This document shows, one piece after another, positions 29,713-39,701 of a stretch of 64,000 bases of DNA. The translations under genes and the position numbers were made by a program. Where the stretch lies: IMG/VR virus record IMGVR_UViG_3300013111_000141, positions 1 through 64,000 of that record, one strand, 5' to 3'. Numbering within the stretch: the stretch's first letter is position 1; each line of letters starts with the position of its first letter. The notes beneath the pieces are model-generated. The model made no database searches, was not told the origin of the DNA, and worked only from the letters and a program-made list of their open reading frames with translations. Origin of the DNA: a virus.

Positions 29713-29741
29713 ATTATAACATTTTTTTAACCAAATGTCAA
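29713..29741 (-). promoter_or_regulatory. Consensus sigma70 promoter
   Basis: TTGACA-17-TATAAT with extended TGn. Confidence 0.8.
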
Positions 29742-29849
29742 GTCATATTTCAATTTAAACCGACATTTCTATAAATCTAATACCTATTAATAATACGTTT
29801 GCACAAATAAAAATAGCAAATAATAACCCTAAAAATTTAAATTTCTCTT

Positions 29850-30803
29850 TCATGATACTAACGCCTTTAATGATTCACCATTACGAAATCTTCGTATCGT
29901 CTCCGATACCAAGTCCTTTACACCTATTACATTTATCTTTGATGTTAACTCAGAAGTATGTTCTATAGAATCTGTAATATACAAAGTCCCGATATCAGAC
30001 TGTTCTATTCGTTCAATAGACTTTCCAGAAAAAACACCATGAACTGCAACACAATCAACATTCACCGATCCAGACAACTTTAATGCATCTACAGCACCAA
30101 CCAATGTTCCCCCACCATCAATCATATCATCTACTATAACACATTTTTTACCTTCAACATCACCAATAACATTCATAACCTCTGACATACCCGGTTCTGG
30201 GCGACGTTTATCAATAATTGCGATTGGTAAATTTAATTCCTTTGCAAAATACCTTGCACGACCAGAACCACCCACATCAGCAGCAACCACAACATCCCAA
30301 TAAGAAGGAACAATTGCGGCAACAATAGAATCCCTCATAGTTTTTAAAGCTGATATATGTTCACAAACAACATTATTATTAAAAAATGCTTGTGTTTGCA
30401 AAGAATGTAAATCCATACAGATTACTGAATTTATACCAGAATTACAGAGCATATTAGCAAACACCTTACCAGATATAGGACTTCTATTAGTACGTCTATC
30501 TTGTCTAGCATATGCATAATATGGAAATATAACATTAATAACAGATGGATTTGAACGTCTAACCGCATCAATAAGTAACATCAATTCCATTATATCATTA
30601 TTTCTATTAGAACCTACCCCAGATTTAAATCCAGATATAATGAAAACTTCCTCTAACCGAATGTTCTCCTTAATCTCTACATAAATCTCTGAATCAGGAA
30701 AATCTATAATTTTCACCTTTGTCAATCTCATACCAAGATTCTCAGCAACTTGTTTTGCCAACTTTGTGTTAGACCGTGTTGAAATTATTATAGATTTTTT
30801 CAT
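29850..30803 (-). CDS. prs: Ribose-phosphate pyrophosphokinase
   Basis: FPDSE, PYYAYARQDRR, DLHS.Q, DKRR, VDDMIDGGGT. Confidence 0.95.
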   Translation of the reverse strand: MKKSIIISTRSNTKLAKQVAENLGMRLTKVKIIDFPDSEIYVEIKENIRLEEVFIISGFKSGVGSNRNNDIMELMLLIDAVRRSNPSVINVIFPYYAYARQDRRTNRSPISGKVFANMLCNSGINSVICMDLHSLQTQAFFNNNVVCEHISALKTMRDSIVAAIVPSYWDVVVAADVGGSGRARYFAKELNLPIAIIDKRRPEPGMSEVMNVIGDVEGKKCVIVDDMIDGGGTLVGAVDALKLSGSVNVDCVAVHGVFSGKSIERIEQSDIGTLYITDSIEHTSELTSKINVIGVKDLVSETIRRFRNGESLKALVS

Positions 30804-32530
30804 AATCGTTCTTTACATAATGTTTCAATTATATTTTTCATTGCCATAGATTGTTCATCAGGGTCAATCTCTATATTCAATACATAAGATTGTAACTCAT
30901 CATCTAATGCAGTTTCTAATGCATTCCTGAATTGAAAAGAATCTGATATATACATCCCAACACCACCATCCATTAAATCTGTTATTTTATCATATCTCCA
31001 ATTATGAATATCATTGAACTCACCTTCCATAATTGCCTTTTCAGTAGAATATCCCCTATTGTTAAGTATAAGAATAACAGTATTCAACTCATTACGAATA
31101 TGTGATGAAAATTCAGAACCCGTCATTTGAAAAGCACCATCACCGACAACAACTATTGGTCTTTTATGTGGTTTGGCATATTTAACACCAACTGCGGCTG
31201 GAACTGAAAATGACATAGATGTATAATAAGCCATACATAAAAATTGTCCTTTCCTCATAGGAACATCAATAATACCAAATAAAGATTCACCTATATCAGA
31301 TATTACTATATGATCCTCTGTTATCAATTCACCTAGAGTATCAAATACATATTCTAATTTAGTAGGACTAGTCATATCATGTGACTTAAAAGTTAATCTA
31401 CTAGTGTCTATAATATTATTCCATCTACTTATACAATTATCAGATTGAATATCAGAATCATCTAAATATACCAAAAATGAACGAACCAACTCATAAAAAC
31501 TAGAAGTTGTAGATTTTAATGTTTTAACATGTTTATTTTCAAACATGATACCATCATCCATATTAATAGAAATATCAGAAACAAAATCAAATGATTCAAT
31601 ATCCGTATTAACTATACCAATAGTGACAATACAATCTGATTTTTTTATCTCATCAACAACTGACGAATCAGAAAATAAACTTGAAACACACCCAATAGAA
31701 TTTCTACTAAACTCAGAAATTGTTGATTTACCCAACAACGTAGTGAATATTGGAATATTTAACTTCTTTGCAAAATTAAGAATATGATTTTCTAATGAAT
31801 TACGAAATACCTCATGACCAATAATTAGAACCCTATTAGTTGCAGATTTAAATTTATTCAAATCATCATATGGTAAATTTATAGATTTACATTCTTTAGA
31901 AAATGGAGTATCCTTAACAATAACATTATTAGAATCCTTCACATATGTTGGAAAGATTTTTGATGGTACATCATCCCCATATACTGTTTGAAATTTCTTC
32001 AAGTATTCATCAACTGAACGTACTATATCTTTATTTGAAAATTCAATATAAACTGGTCTAGAATGTTTTCGCATTTTATTCAATGCCAAATGAATCATAG
32101 ACATATTAAAAAACATATCTTCAGAATCTAACGAATAAGTATTAGTGGTTATATTCTTAAATATATCCCTTTGTGTATTTGCATTATTGATTGTATGGTG
32201 TCTATTTGGATTTACCAATAAATCATCAGATGATGGTTTGCCAACAAGAATAACTACTGGTGATCTTTCCGCATATGCACCCGCAACTGAATTCATAATA
32301 TTCATAGCACCAACAGAATAAGTAACACATACAACACCACACCCACGTAATCTACCATATGCATCAGCGGCATATCCAGCTGAATCTTCCCTACTTACTC
32401 CTACGTATTCTATATCAGAATGTTCTTCAATTTCACGCATAAAATTTAACGTGTAATCACCCGGTATACCAAATATATGACCTGCACCATATAACTTTAA
32501 CTGTTCTATTAAAAAATGTCCTAAATTCAT
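30800..32530 (-). CDS. ThDP-dependent alpha-keto acid decarboxylase (indolepyruvate/pyruvate decarboxylase family)
   Basis: FGIPGDY, YAADAYGR, AGAYAE.SP, HH, GDGAFQMTG...NN.GY..E. Confidence 0.88.
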   Translation of the reverse strand: MNLGHFLIEQLKLYGAGHIFGIPGDYTLNFMREIEEHSDIEYVGVSREDSAGYAADAYGRLRGCGVVCVTYSVGAMNIMNSVAGAYAERSPVVILVGKPSSDDLLVNPNRHHTINNANTQRDIFKNITTNTYSLDSEDMFFNMSMIHLALNKMRKHSRPVYIEFSNKDIVRSVDEYLKKFQTVYGDDVPSKIFPTYVKDSNNVIVKDTPFSKECKSINLPYDDLNKFKSATNRVLIIGHEVFRNSLENHILNFAKKLNIPIFTTLLGKSTISEFSRNSIGCVSSLFSDSSVVDEIKKSDCIVTIGIVNTDIESFDFVSDISINMDDGIMFENKHVKTLKSTTSSFYELVRSFLVYLDDSDIQSDNCISRWNNIIDTSRLTFKSHDMTSPTKLEYVFDTLGELITEDHIVISDIGESLFGIIDVPMRKGQFLCMAYYTSMSFSVPAAVGVKYAKPHKRPIVVVGDGAFQMTGSEFSSHIRNELNTVILILNNRGYSTEKAIMEGEFNDIHNWRYDKITDLMDGGVGMYISDSFQFRNALETALDDELQSYVLNIEIDPDEQSMAMKNIIETLCKERL

Positions 32531-32574
32531 ACAACCACCTTTCTTTTAAAAGTATTACATAATATCTAACATCT

Positions 32575-33357
32575 CTATAGTTCTTCTGGATTACCCCTTG
32601 TCGATTCTAAATGTTCAGCCCACACACAACACTCATGATACCCAACCGATGAATGATCATTAAATGAATCAATTTCAAATTGCAATAATCCACCAAACAT
32701 ACCCCATATATATTGTCCAATCAAATACATTCTAGAATATCCAGAAACAACCCTACCATTACAATCAAAATATTTTAATAATCCAATATGTCTGAATCCA
32801 ACAAGTTCTAATGGGTGTCGTGTAACTATATCACAATTATTTTTAAATCTATAAAATGTTGGAGTAAACGAATCAGCAAACTCAGAATCACCCACTCTAG
32901 GCGACCCAAATGTATATCCTATAGAATCTTTCCCACCAAACCGTGATGAAGCTAAAGTACATAAAGCAGCTCCCAAACTATGACCTGTAAAATATACATT
33001 CCTGTGTTTATCTCCGGCCATTGAATAATCTACATAATGTTGAAGCAAATCATCATATATCAAGTCTAATGCACCTTTAAATCCCCTATGAACACTACCA
33101 ATACTGTCTGATTCAACCTTTCTAAATTTTATATCTGCCTCAATATCTGACAATTGTGTTGGTTCCGTCCCACGAAATACATATATAATATCTTCATCAT
33201 CCCATAATCCATAACATTGAGTAGACCCATTATTAAAAAACTTAATATCATATTTCTCTGAATATATTTCTGAGAAATCTACAACATCCAAATAAGCATT
33301 CATAGACAATCCAGAAAAAAACATTGCATTTTTATAACTAAATTCCCTATTTAACAT
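32575..33357 (-). CDS. Class 3 lipase
   Basis: FRGT, VHRGF, GHSLG, TFGSPRVG, D.V, H. Confidence 0.92.
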   Translation of the reverse strand: MLNREFSYKNAMFFSGLSMNAYLDVVDFSEIYSEKYDIKFFNNGSTQCYGLWDDEDIIYVFRGTEPTQLSDIEADIKFRKVESDSIGSVHRGFKGALDLIYDDLLQHYVDYSMAGDKHRNVYFTGHSLGAALCTLASSRFGGKDSIGYTFGSPRVGDSEFADSFTPTFYRFKNNCDIVTRHPLELVGFRHIGLLKYFDCNGRVVSGYSRMYLIGQYIWGMFGGLLQFEIDSFNDHSSVGYHECCVWAEHLESTRGNPEEL

Positions 33358-33358
33358 A

Positions 33359-33565
33359 TCAATCTCCAGAGCAATTAACAGAAATAGAATTTGGTGATAC
33401 TGCCTTAGCTACTTGTTTCCTAAGTGCAACCCTCCCCCCTTCAGGGATTGAACAATAACGTTCTACTGTATGGGATGCTGCCAATTTTACAGTATCCATC
33501 TTAGAACAACCTTGTATAAGTATAATACTTAATATCACTAAACACCACTTAAATAATTTCTTCAT
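33359..33565 (-). CDS. Small lipoprotein
   Basis: IQGC lipobox; AAGGAG SD. Confidence 0.55.
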   Translation of the reverse strand: MKKLFKWCLVILSIILIQGCSKMDTVKLAASHTVERYCSIPEGGRVALRKQVAKAVSPNSISVNCSGD

Positions 33566-33794
33566 TTCCCACTCCTTAATAAGTTTTCAAATCGTTTTTC
33601 TTGTTTCACCTTTGACTCCTTCTCAACATTTAATGCCGACATTTCACGGACAATAACCCTATACCGTAAAGCACATATAAGAATATCCTTATCAATATTT
33701 TCAATTGATCGATCAAATTTATTACAATTCATTATATATCTCTTCTTGTTAGAATAATTCCGCCAAAATTGACGGAATATTCATAATAAATATA

Positions 33795-34115
33795 TTATTT
33801 AAAATTATATCGGTACTCTACCGCTACATTTTCTGCATGTTGATCAGTACCCTCAAATAAATCCCATGGTCCAGACATATTGAATCGATTATACATTAAA
33901 CCAACTTCATGAACCTTTCCAGTTCCAATATAAGCATTAGTAAAAAGTCGTAACGCGTTAGTATCTTGTGAACCAGACCAAAAATTACTCATTCCATCTG
34001 CATCTTGTGTCCAACGAAATCCAGCATCTTTCATCTGAATTGAAAATGCATCCTCGGCCATAGATGTTGTTGTAAACGCAAATAATACTGTAAATAACAT
34101 TAATATTTTTTTCAT
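33795..34115 (-). CDS. Secreted/outer-membrane beta-rich protein
   Basis: Signal peptide MKKILMLF...SMA; C-terminal VEYRYNF. Confidence 0.5.
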   Translation of the reverse strand: MKKILMLFTVLFAFTTTSMAEDAFSIQMKDAGFRWTQDADGMSNFWSGSQDTNALRLFTNAYIGTGKVHEVGLMYNRFNMSGPWDLFEGTDQHAENVAVEYRYNFK

Positions 34116-34184
34116 ATTTTTTCCTCTTTGTTGTAAAAATGAAACATAATGTGGATATTTTCCAACACCCACATTATATATATA

Positions 34185-34341
34185 AGAGGATTTCTGTTGC
34201 CAAGTATCCCCAAACTCCGCATACTTATATACTAAGCTGCAACCGCAAAATTATCATCTGCATTTATTTTTTTGATTTTTACATCTTTCTTGATGAATAG
34301 TCCATATACAATATAATACATTGTCGAATCTGTTCTCCCCC
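34185..34341 (-). ncRNA. ssrA: Two-piece tmRNA, coding piece (tag ADDNFAVAA)
   Basis: 5' GGGGGAGAACAGATTCGAC; ATAAAT|GCA resume context; tag ends in AA-stop; 3' CTTGGCAACAGAA motif of alpha-type tmRNA. Confidence 0.88.
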
Positions 34342-34622
34342 ACAAAAATTGTCTAGTCACAACCCAAAAGTCCTGCAGAACTTCATGAACGCCACTTGCG
34401 GCTAAGGATACCCGGGAGTTTGTTGTCCCGTGTTCACATACGTCCATATATACATTGTAGAACCCATCATCGCTGGTTTGGTGCTAAGTTAAATGAACCC
34501 GTTGGCTCTGGGGGAATTCCCCCTCACCATCTCTCGTACGCTCCATCTATTCTACTAAGTATACCGTGTGTCACACATTCCGTATACATTGAATAATATA
34601 CATCTACACTAAACAATTTATG
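34342..34622 (-). ncRNA. Unassigned structured RNA in the tmRNA intervening segment
   Basis: Closed by AAATTGTTTAGT/ACTAGACAATTT; several internal helices; GC-richer than its flanks. Confidence 0.55.
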
Positions 34623-34672
34623 TGGAAGAGGTGGGAATCGCACCCACGTCCAACATACATAAAATATACTTC
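34623..34672 (-). ncRNA. ssrA: Two-piece tmRNA, acceptor piece
   Basis: GGAC-GTGGG-TGCGATT-CCCAC-CTCTTCC-A; pairs with GGGGGAG to give G3:U70; full CCA not encoded. Confidence 0.88.
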
Positions 34673-34678
34673 AAACTA

Positions 34679-34981
34679 TTATGCTTTTAACTTTAAATCT
34701 TCCTCCGTTACAATATCTTCATACCCATCATACTCACGAACATAAAACTTTAACCCCTCTGTAACATATGACAATTTCATATTATCAAACTCATATAAAT
34801 TATGAGTTGGTTCTGACATCGCCATCACCTGTTTATGAAATGATTTCTCATCCCCATGCAAAAATTCATAAATTAATTCAGCATCCATTCTAAGTGATTG
34901 GGGTTTAATGGCAAATCCACTACCCCAACCAGCATGTATAAGAACCCCTACTTTACCATCTGCACTATAATATTTACCCAC
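34679..34981 (-). CDS. Conserved phage hypothetical protein
   Basis: VL...GWGSG ... F.V.EYDG.E. Confidence 0.6.
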   Translation of the reverse strand: MGKYYSADGKVGVLIHAGWGSGFAIKPQSLRMDAELIYEFLHGDEKSFHKQVMAMSEPTHNLYEFDNMKLSYVTEGLKFYVREYDGYEDIVTEEDLKLKA

Positions 34982-36962
34982 CTACGTTCTCCACTAATTG
35001 CGAACCTTGTGAATGATATTGTTTAGTAATTTCTTTGTTTACTTCATCTGAATAATGTAATGGTCCACCCCTAAATGGAGCAAATCCAGTACCAAAAATA
35101 ATACCAGAATCTATAAGGTCAGAAGATTCTACAATACCCTCATCTAAACATAATTTACACTCTGAAATAATTTTCCCTATTAACCTTGACTTTATCTCTA
35201 TTTTAGGATCTGCATAAATCTTATCTACGGGTTTACCTTTATTATATATATAAAACCCCCTACCAGATTTAATACCCAATTTACCTTTGTCTACTAACTT
35301 CTTTAATCTCTTTGGAACAGTAATTCCAAGATCCTCACTTATTATATCCGTAACAAAATAACAAACATCAAGTCCTACAGTATCTGCCAATAATAAAGGT
35401 CCCATTGGCATACCAAAATCAGTAAAAGAATTGTCAATTTCTTCTTTACTATATCCTTCATCTAACATATTAATAGCCTCAATAAGTGTAGGCATTAACA
35501 CACGATTAACTAAAAATCCTGGACTTGATTTAACTTTTAATGGTAACTTATCAATATGTCTACAAAATGACATAGACTTCTCTATAACATCCTCTGAAGT
35601 AATATCTGAATATACCACTTCAACCAAAGGCATTTTTGCAACTGGATTAAAAAAGTGTATACCAACTAATCTCTCAGGATTTTTCATTTCACTTGATAAT
35701 ACTTCCAACTTGATAGAAGATGTATTAGTGCCCAATATAGCGGTACTTTTCATTTCAGATTCTAATTCACTATATAAGTGACGTTTAATATCCGCATTTT
35801 CAACAATAGCCTCAATGACTATATCTGCGGAAGATATACCATATCCATTTTTATCAGGAATCAACCTATCATACACTTCATTGATTAAATAATCCTTCCC
35901 AGAAAATCTTTTTGCATAAAATTTATACGATCTTTTCATTGCGGCAGCTATGGTGTTATCATCAATATCCTGTAAAGTCACCTTATATCCCCTTAGAGAC
36001 GCCCACATTGCAATATCTCCACCCATTGCACCAGCACCTATAACGTGGACATGTTTAAGATCTAACTTAGATTTATCACCAGAAGATTTAAGTAAATCCT
36101 GTAACTTAAACACTCGTAATAAATTCTTCGCAGTATCTGTCATTGCTAACTTAGAAACTGACTCCGCCTCTGCATTCATAAGATGATGCTCATTATATCC
36201 ATATTTTTCCCATATATCAACTAAAGCATATGGTGCTGGATAGTGTGATTTTTTTACCTCTTTCCTTAAAGTTCTACGCAATTGCATTGATAATAACCTT
36301 CTACCAATACCAGAATTCAATACATAATCTAATTTATCTGGTCTTCTAACTGGTGGACACTTTGCAAGTACATCTTCCGCAGATTTAACTAATAAACGTT
36401 CAGGAACCGCATAATCAACTAATCCCATCTTTTTTGCTTGATATACTGATAAAGTACGTCCACTTAACATCATACCCATAGCCTTAATAACACCAAGAAC
36501 TCTAATAGACCTAACAGAACCACCAAATCCAGGATGTATACCCAACTTAACTTCAGGAAATCCGACTCGGATATTAGGTGAATCTAATATAATTCTATAA
36601 TCACATGATAATGCAAGTTCCAATCCACCACCAAGACACAATCCATTAATTAATGCTAATGTAGGAAATTCCATGTCATCAATTAACCACATCACTTCTT
36701 GTCCTTTAGTAATGGCTTCATAAGCATCATCATACTCATGAAAATCCTTAAATTCTGTAACATCAGCACCAGCAATAAACCCAGTTGATTTATCAGAACA
36801 AATAACCATACCATCAGGATTATCAGATTTAACCTCTAATAATACATCTTTTAATTCCGTTAATACTTCACCAGATAATACATTCATACTACCATAAGAA
36901 TAATCAAAATGTACCCATGCTATATTGCTAAAATATTTTAATTTGAAATGTTTATAATTCAT
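34974..36962 (-). CDS. fadJ: Fatty-acid oxidation multifunctional alpha subunit (enoyl-CoA hydratase/3-hydroxyacyl-CoA dehydrogenase)
   Basis: FIAGAD, GGGLELAL, PEVKLG, GAGAMG, IEAIVE, NTSS, HFFNP, PGFLVNR, PMGP. Confidence 0.93.
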   Translation of the reverse strand: MNYKHFKLKYFSNIAWVHFDYSYGSMNVLSGEVLTELKDVLLEVKSDNPDGMVICSDKSTGFIAGADVTEFKDFHEYDDAYEAITKGQEVMWLIDDMEFPTLALINGLCLGGGLELALSCDYRIILDSPNIRVGFPEVKLGIHPGFGGSVRSIRVLGVIKAMGMMLSGRTLSVYQAKKMGLVDYAVPERLLVKSAEDVLAKCPPVRRPDKLDYVLNSGIGRRLLSMQLRRTLRKEVKKSHYPAPYALVDIWEKYGYNEHHLMNAEAESVSKLAMTDTAKNLLRVFKLQDLLKSSGDKSKLDLKHVHVIGAGAMGGDIAMWASLRGYKVTLQDIDDNTIAAAMKRSYKFYAKRFSGKDYLINEVYDRLIPDKNGYGISSADIVIEAIVENADIKRHLYSELESEMKSTAILGTNTSSIKLEVLSSEMKNPERLVGIHFFNPVAKMPLVEVVYSDITSEDVIEKSMSFCRHIDKLPLKVKSSPGFLVNRVLMPTLIEAINMLDEGYSKEEIDNSFTDFGMPMGPLLLADTVGLDVCYFVTDIISEDLGITVPKRLKKLVDKGKLGIKSGRGFYIYNKGKPVDKIYADPKIEIKSRLIGKIISECKLCLDEGIVESSDLIDSGIIFGTGFAPFRGGPLHYSDEVNKEITKQYHSQGSQLVENVGG

Positions 36963-36965
36963 AAG

Positions 36966-38270
36966 TTATCTCTTTAAATTTTCAACTAATATTGCACCAC
37001 CTTGCCCATGCCCAATACATAAAGATGCAACCCCATAATGACCACCATTTGATTCTAACGTCTTAATTAAATGATATACTATCCGTGTTCCAGAAGCACC
37101 TACAGGATGACCCATACTAATAGAACCACCATGAACATTTAGTTTTTCATCAGGTATTAACCCAAATGGTTCATCCAATCCAAACTCAGATAAACAATAA
37201 TCCACATCATTCATTGCCCTTGTACAACCAATAACTTGTGATGCAAAAGCTTCATTTAATTCCCAACTATCAATATCATCACATCGTAACCCATTTCTCA
37301 TAACAAGAGGAACTATTGACTGAACTGGACCCAATCCCATCTCTGATGGATCTACTCCAGCCCACTTAGTATCAATAATTTTTGCAATAGCTTTATCACG
37401 TAACCCATACTTATCCAAGGCATCCTCACTTGCCAACAAAACAAATGAAGCACCATCCGTAATAGGTGAAGAATTACCCGCAGTCACATTACCAAATATT
37501 TTATCAAAAACTGGTCTTAATTTCCCTAATTTTTCAATAGTGTTCTTAGATCTAACAGATTCGTCTTTATTATAAAAATTCCCATCAGTATCATATATAG
37601 TAACAATCTCATCCTCTAATACATTAGTATTTTGTGATATCGACGCTTTCATATGACTGTTTAATGAATAATCATCCATATCATTTCTAGATATATTAAA
37701 CTTATATGCCAAATTCTCAGCAGTCTGACCCATTGATAAATTAATAGTTGGATCTTTTAATGCACGTAATAAACTAATCACTGGGACTAATAACTTAGGT
37801 CTAAACTTAAGTAACACAGACAACTTCTTAGATAATGTCTTAGCTAATGTAAATTCAGACAACCACATAGTCATATCATCATTAAATAATAATGGTGCCC
37901 TACTCATAGTTTCCGTACCACCAGCAATAATCAAATCGGACTGTCCACAAGATATACTCCTATATGCCGAATCAATTGACTGCAAACCAGAAGCACAATT
38001 TCGTTGTACCGTATATGCCGGTATATTAACATTAAGACCTAATCGTAATGCTAACAATTTTGCAATATTACACTCATCAGCGTTAGGATTCATACAACCA
38101 ACAACCAATTCATCCACATCATCATTACTAATATCATTACGAATTAACATAGGTCTAACCGCCTGAATCGCCAAATCCAATGCCTTAAACTTTCCAGGAC
38201 TTCCCTTCGCCTTTAAAAAAGGTGTCCTACTACCATCTACAATATATACATCATTTAACTTGTATTTCAT
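36966..38270 (-). CDS. fadI: Acetyl-CoA C-acyltransferase (thiolase)
   Basis: RNCASG, NEAFA, GHPVGASG, LCIGHGQG. Confidence 0.92.
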   Translation of the reverse strand: MKYKLNDVYIVDGSRTPFLKAKGSPGKFKALDLAIQAVRPMLIRNDISNDDVDELVVGCMNPNADECNIAKLLALRLGLNVNIPAYTVQRNCASGLQSIDSAYRSISCGQSDLIIAGGTETMSRAPLLFNDDMTMWLSEFTLAKTLSKKLSVLLKFRPKLLVPVISLLRALKDPTINLSMGQTAENLAYKFNISRNDMDDYSLNSHMKASISQNTNVLEDEIVTIYDTDGNFYNKDESVRSKNTIEKLGKLRPVFDKIFGNVTAGNSSPITDGASFVLLASEDALDKYGLRDKAIAKIIDTKWAGVDPSEMGLGPVQSIVPLVMRNGLRCDDIDSWELNEAFASQVIGCTRAMNDVDYCLSEFGLDEPFGLIPDEKLNVHGGSISMGHPVGASGTRIVYHLIKTLESNGGHYGVASLCIGHGQGGAILVENLKR

Positions 38271-38471
38271 AACTACTATCTCCCTTCTTAAGGGTCATCC
38301 TTTAAATTCATAAATTTCTTACGTTCCAATAATAACATATAACACCTACCACAATGCCACGTGCTATCGTCTTTTAATAATTCTTCAATCAATGTCAAAT
38401 TCATCTCACTATAACTAATATCATTACATAAACATATTATATTCCTATGTCTATTCATATTTTGATATATC

Positions 38472-38660
38472 CTATATCGGTATGTTATCCTTAACTAAAA
38501 TAAGTCCTGTTGCAATAATTATCCATATCGGTATTAATACAAATAAAATACCTAACAATATTTTATTTGTAATATCTTCAGCTTTCACCGACATAGACAT
38601 AACGTTACATAAAATCACAAATGAAAGTACACATAACCAAACTATTTCAAACCACCCCAT
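38472..38660 (-). CDS. Small two-TM membrane protein
   Basis: AGGAG SD; hydrophobic. Confidence 0.5.
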   Translation of the reverse strand: MGWFEIVWLCVLSFVILCNVMSMSVKAEDITNKILLGILFVLIPIWIIIATGLILVKDNIPI

Positions 38661-38669
38661 ATTAAACTC

Positions 38670-39689
<1,020 letters not shown>

Positions 39690-39701
39690 TAAATCACCGC
39701 A

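Noticed and set aside
34232-34447. 71-aa ORF in the track
   Set aside because: It spans structured RNA and the tmRNA 5' end; only the last nine codons are the tmRNA tag
34342-34622. RNase P RNA, SRP, 6S or group I/II intron identity for the nested RNA
   Set aside because: I could not find GAGGAAAGUCC with CR-V, the SRP GGAA/AGCAG loop, a 6S rod, the P7 core or domain V; left unassigned
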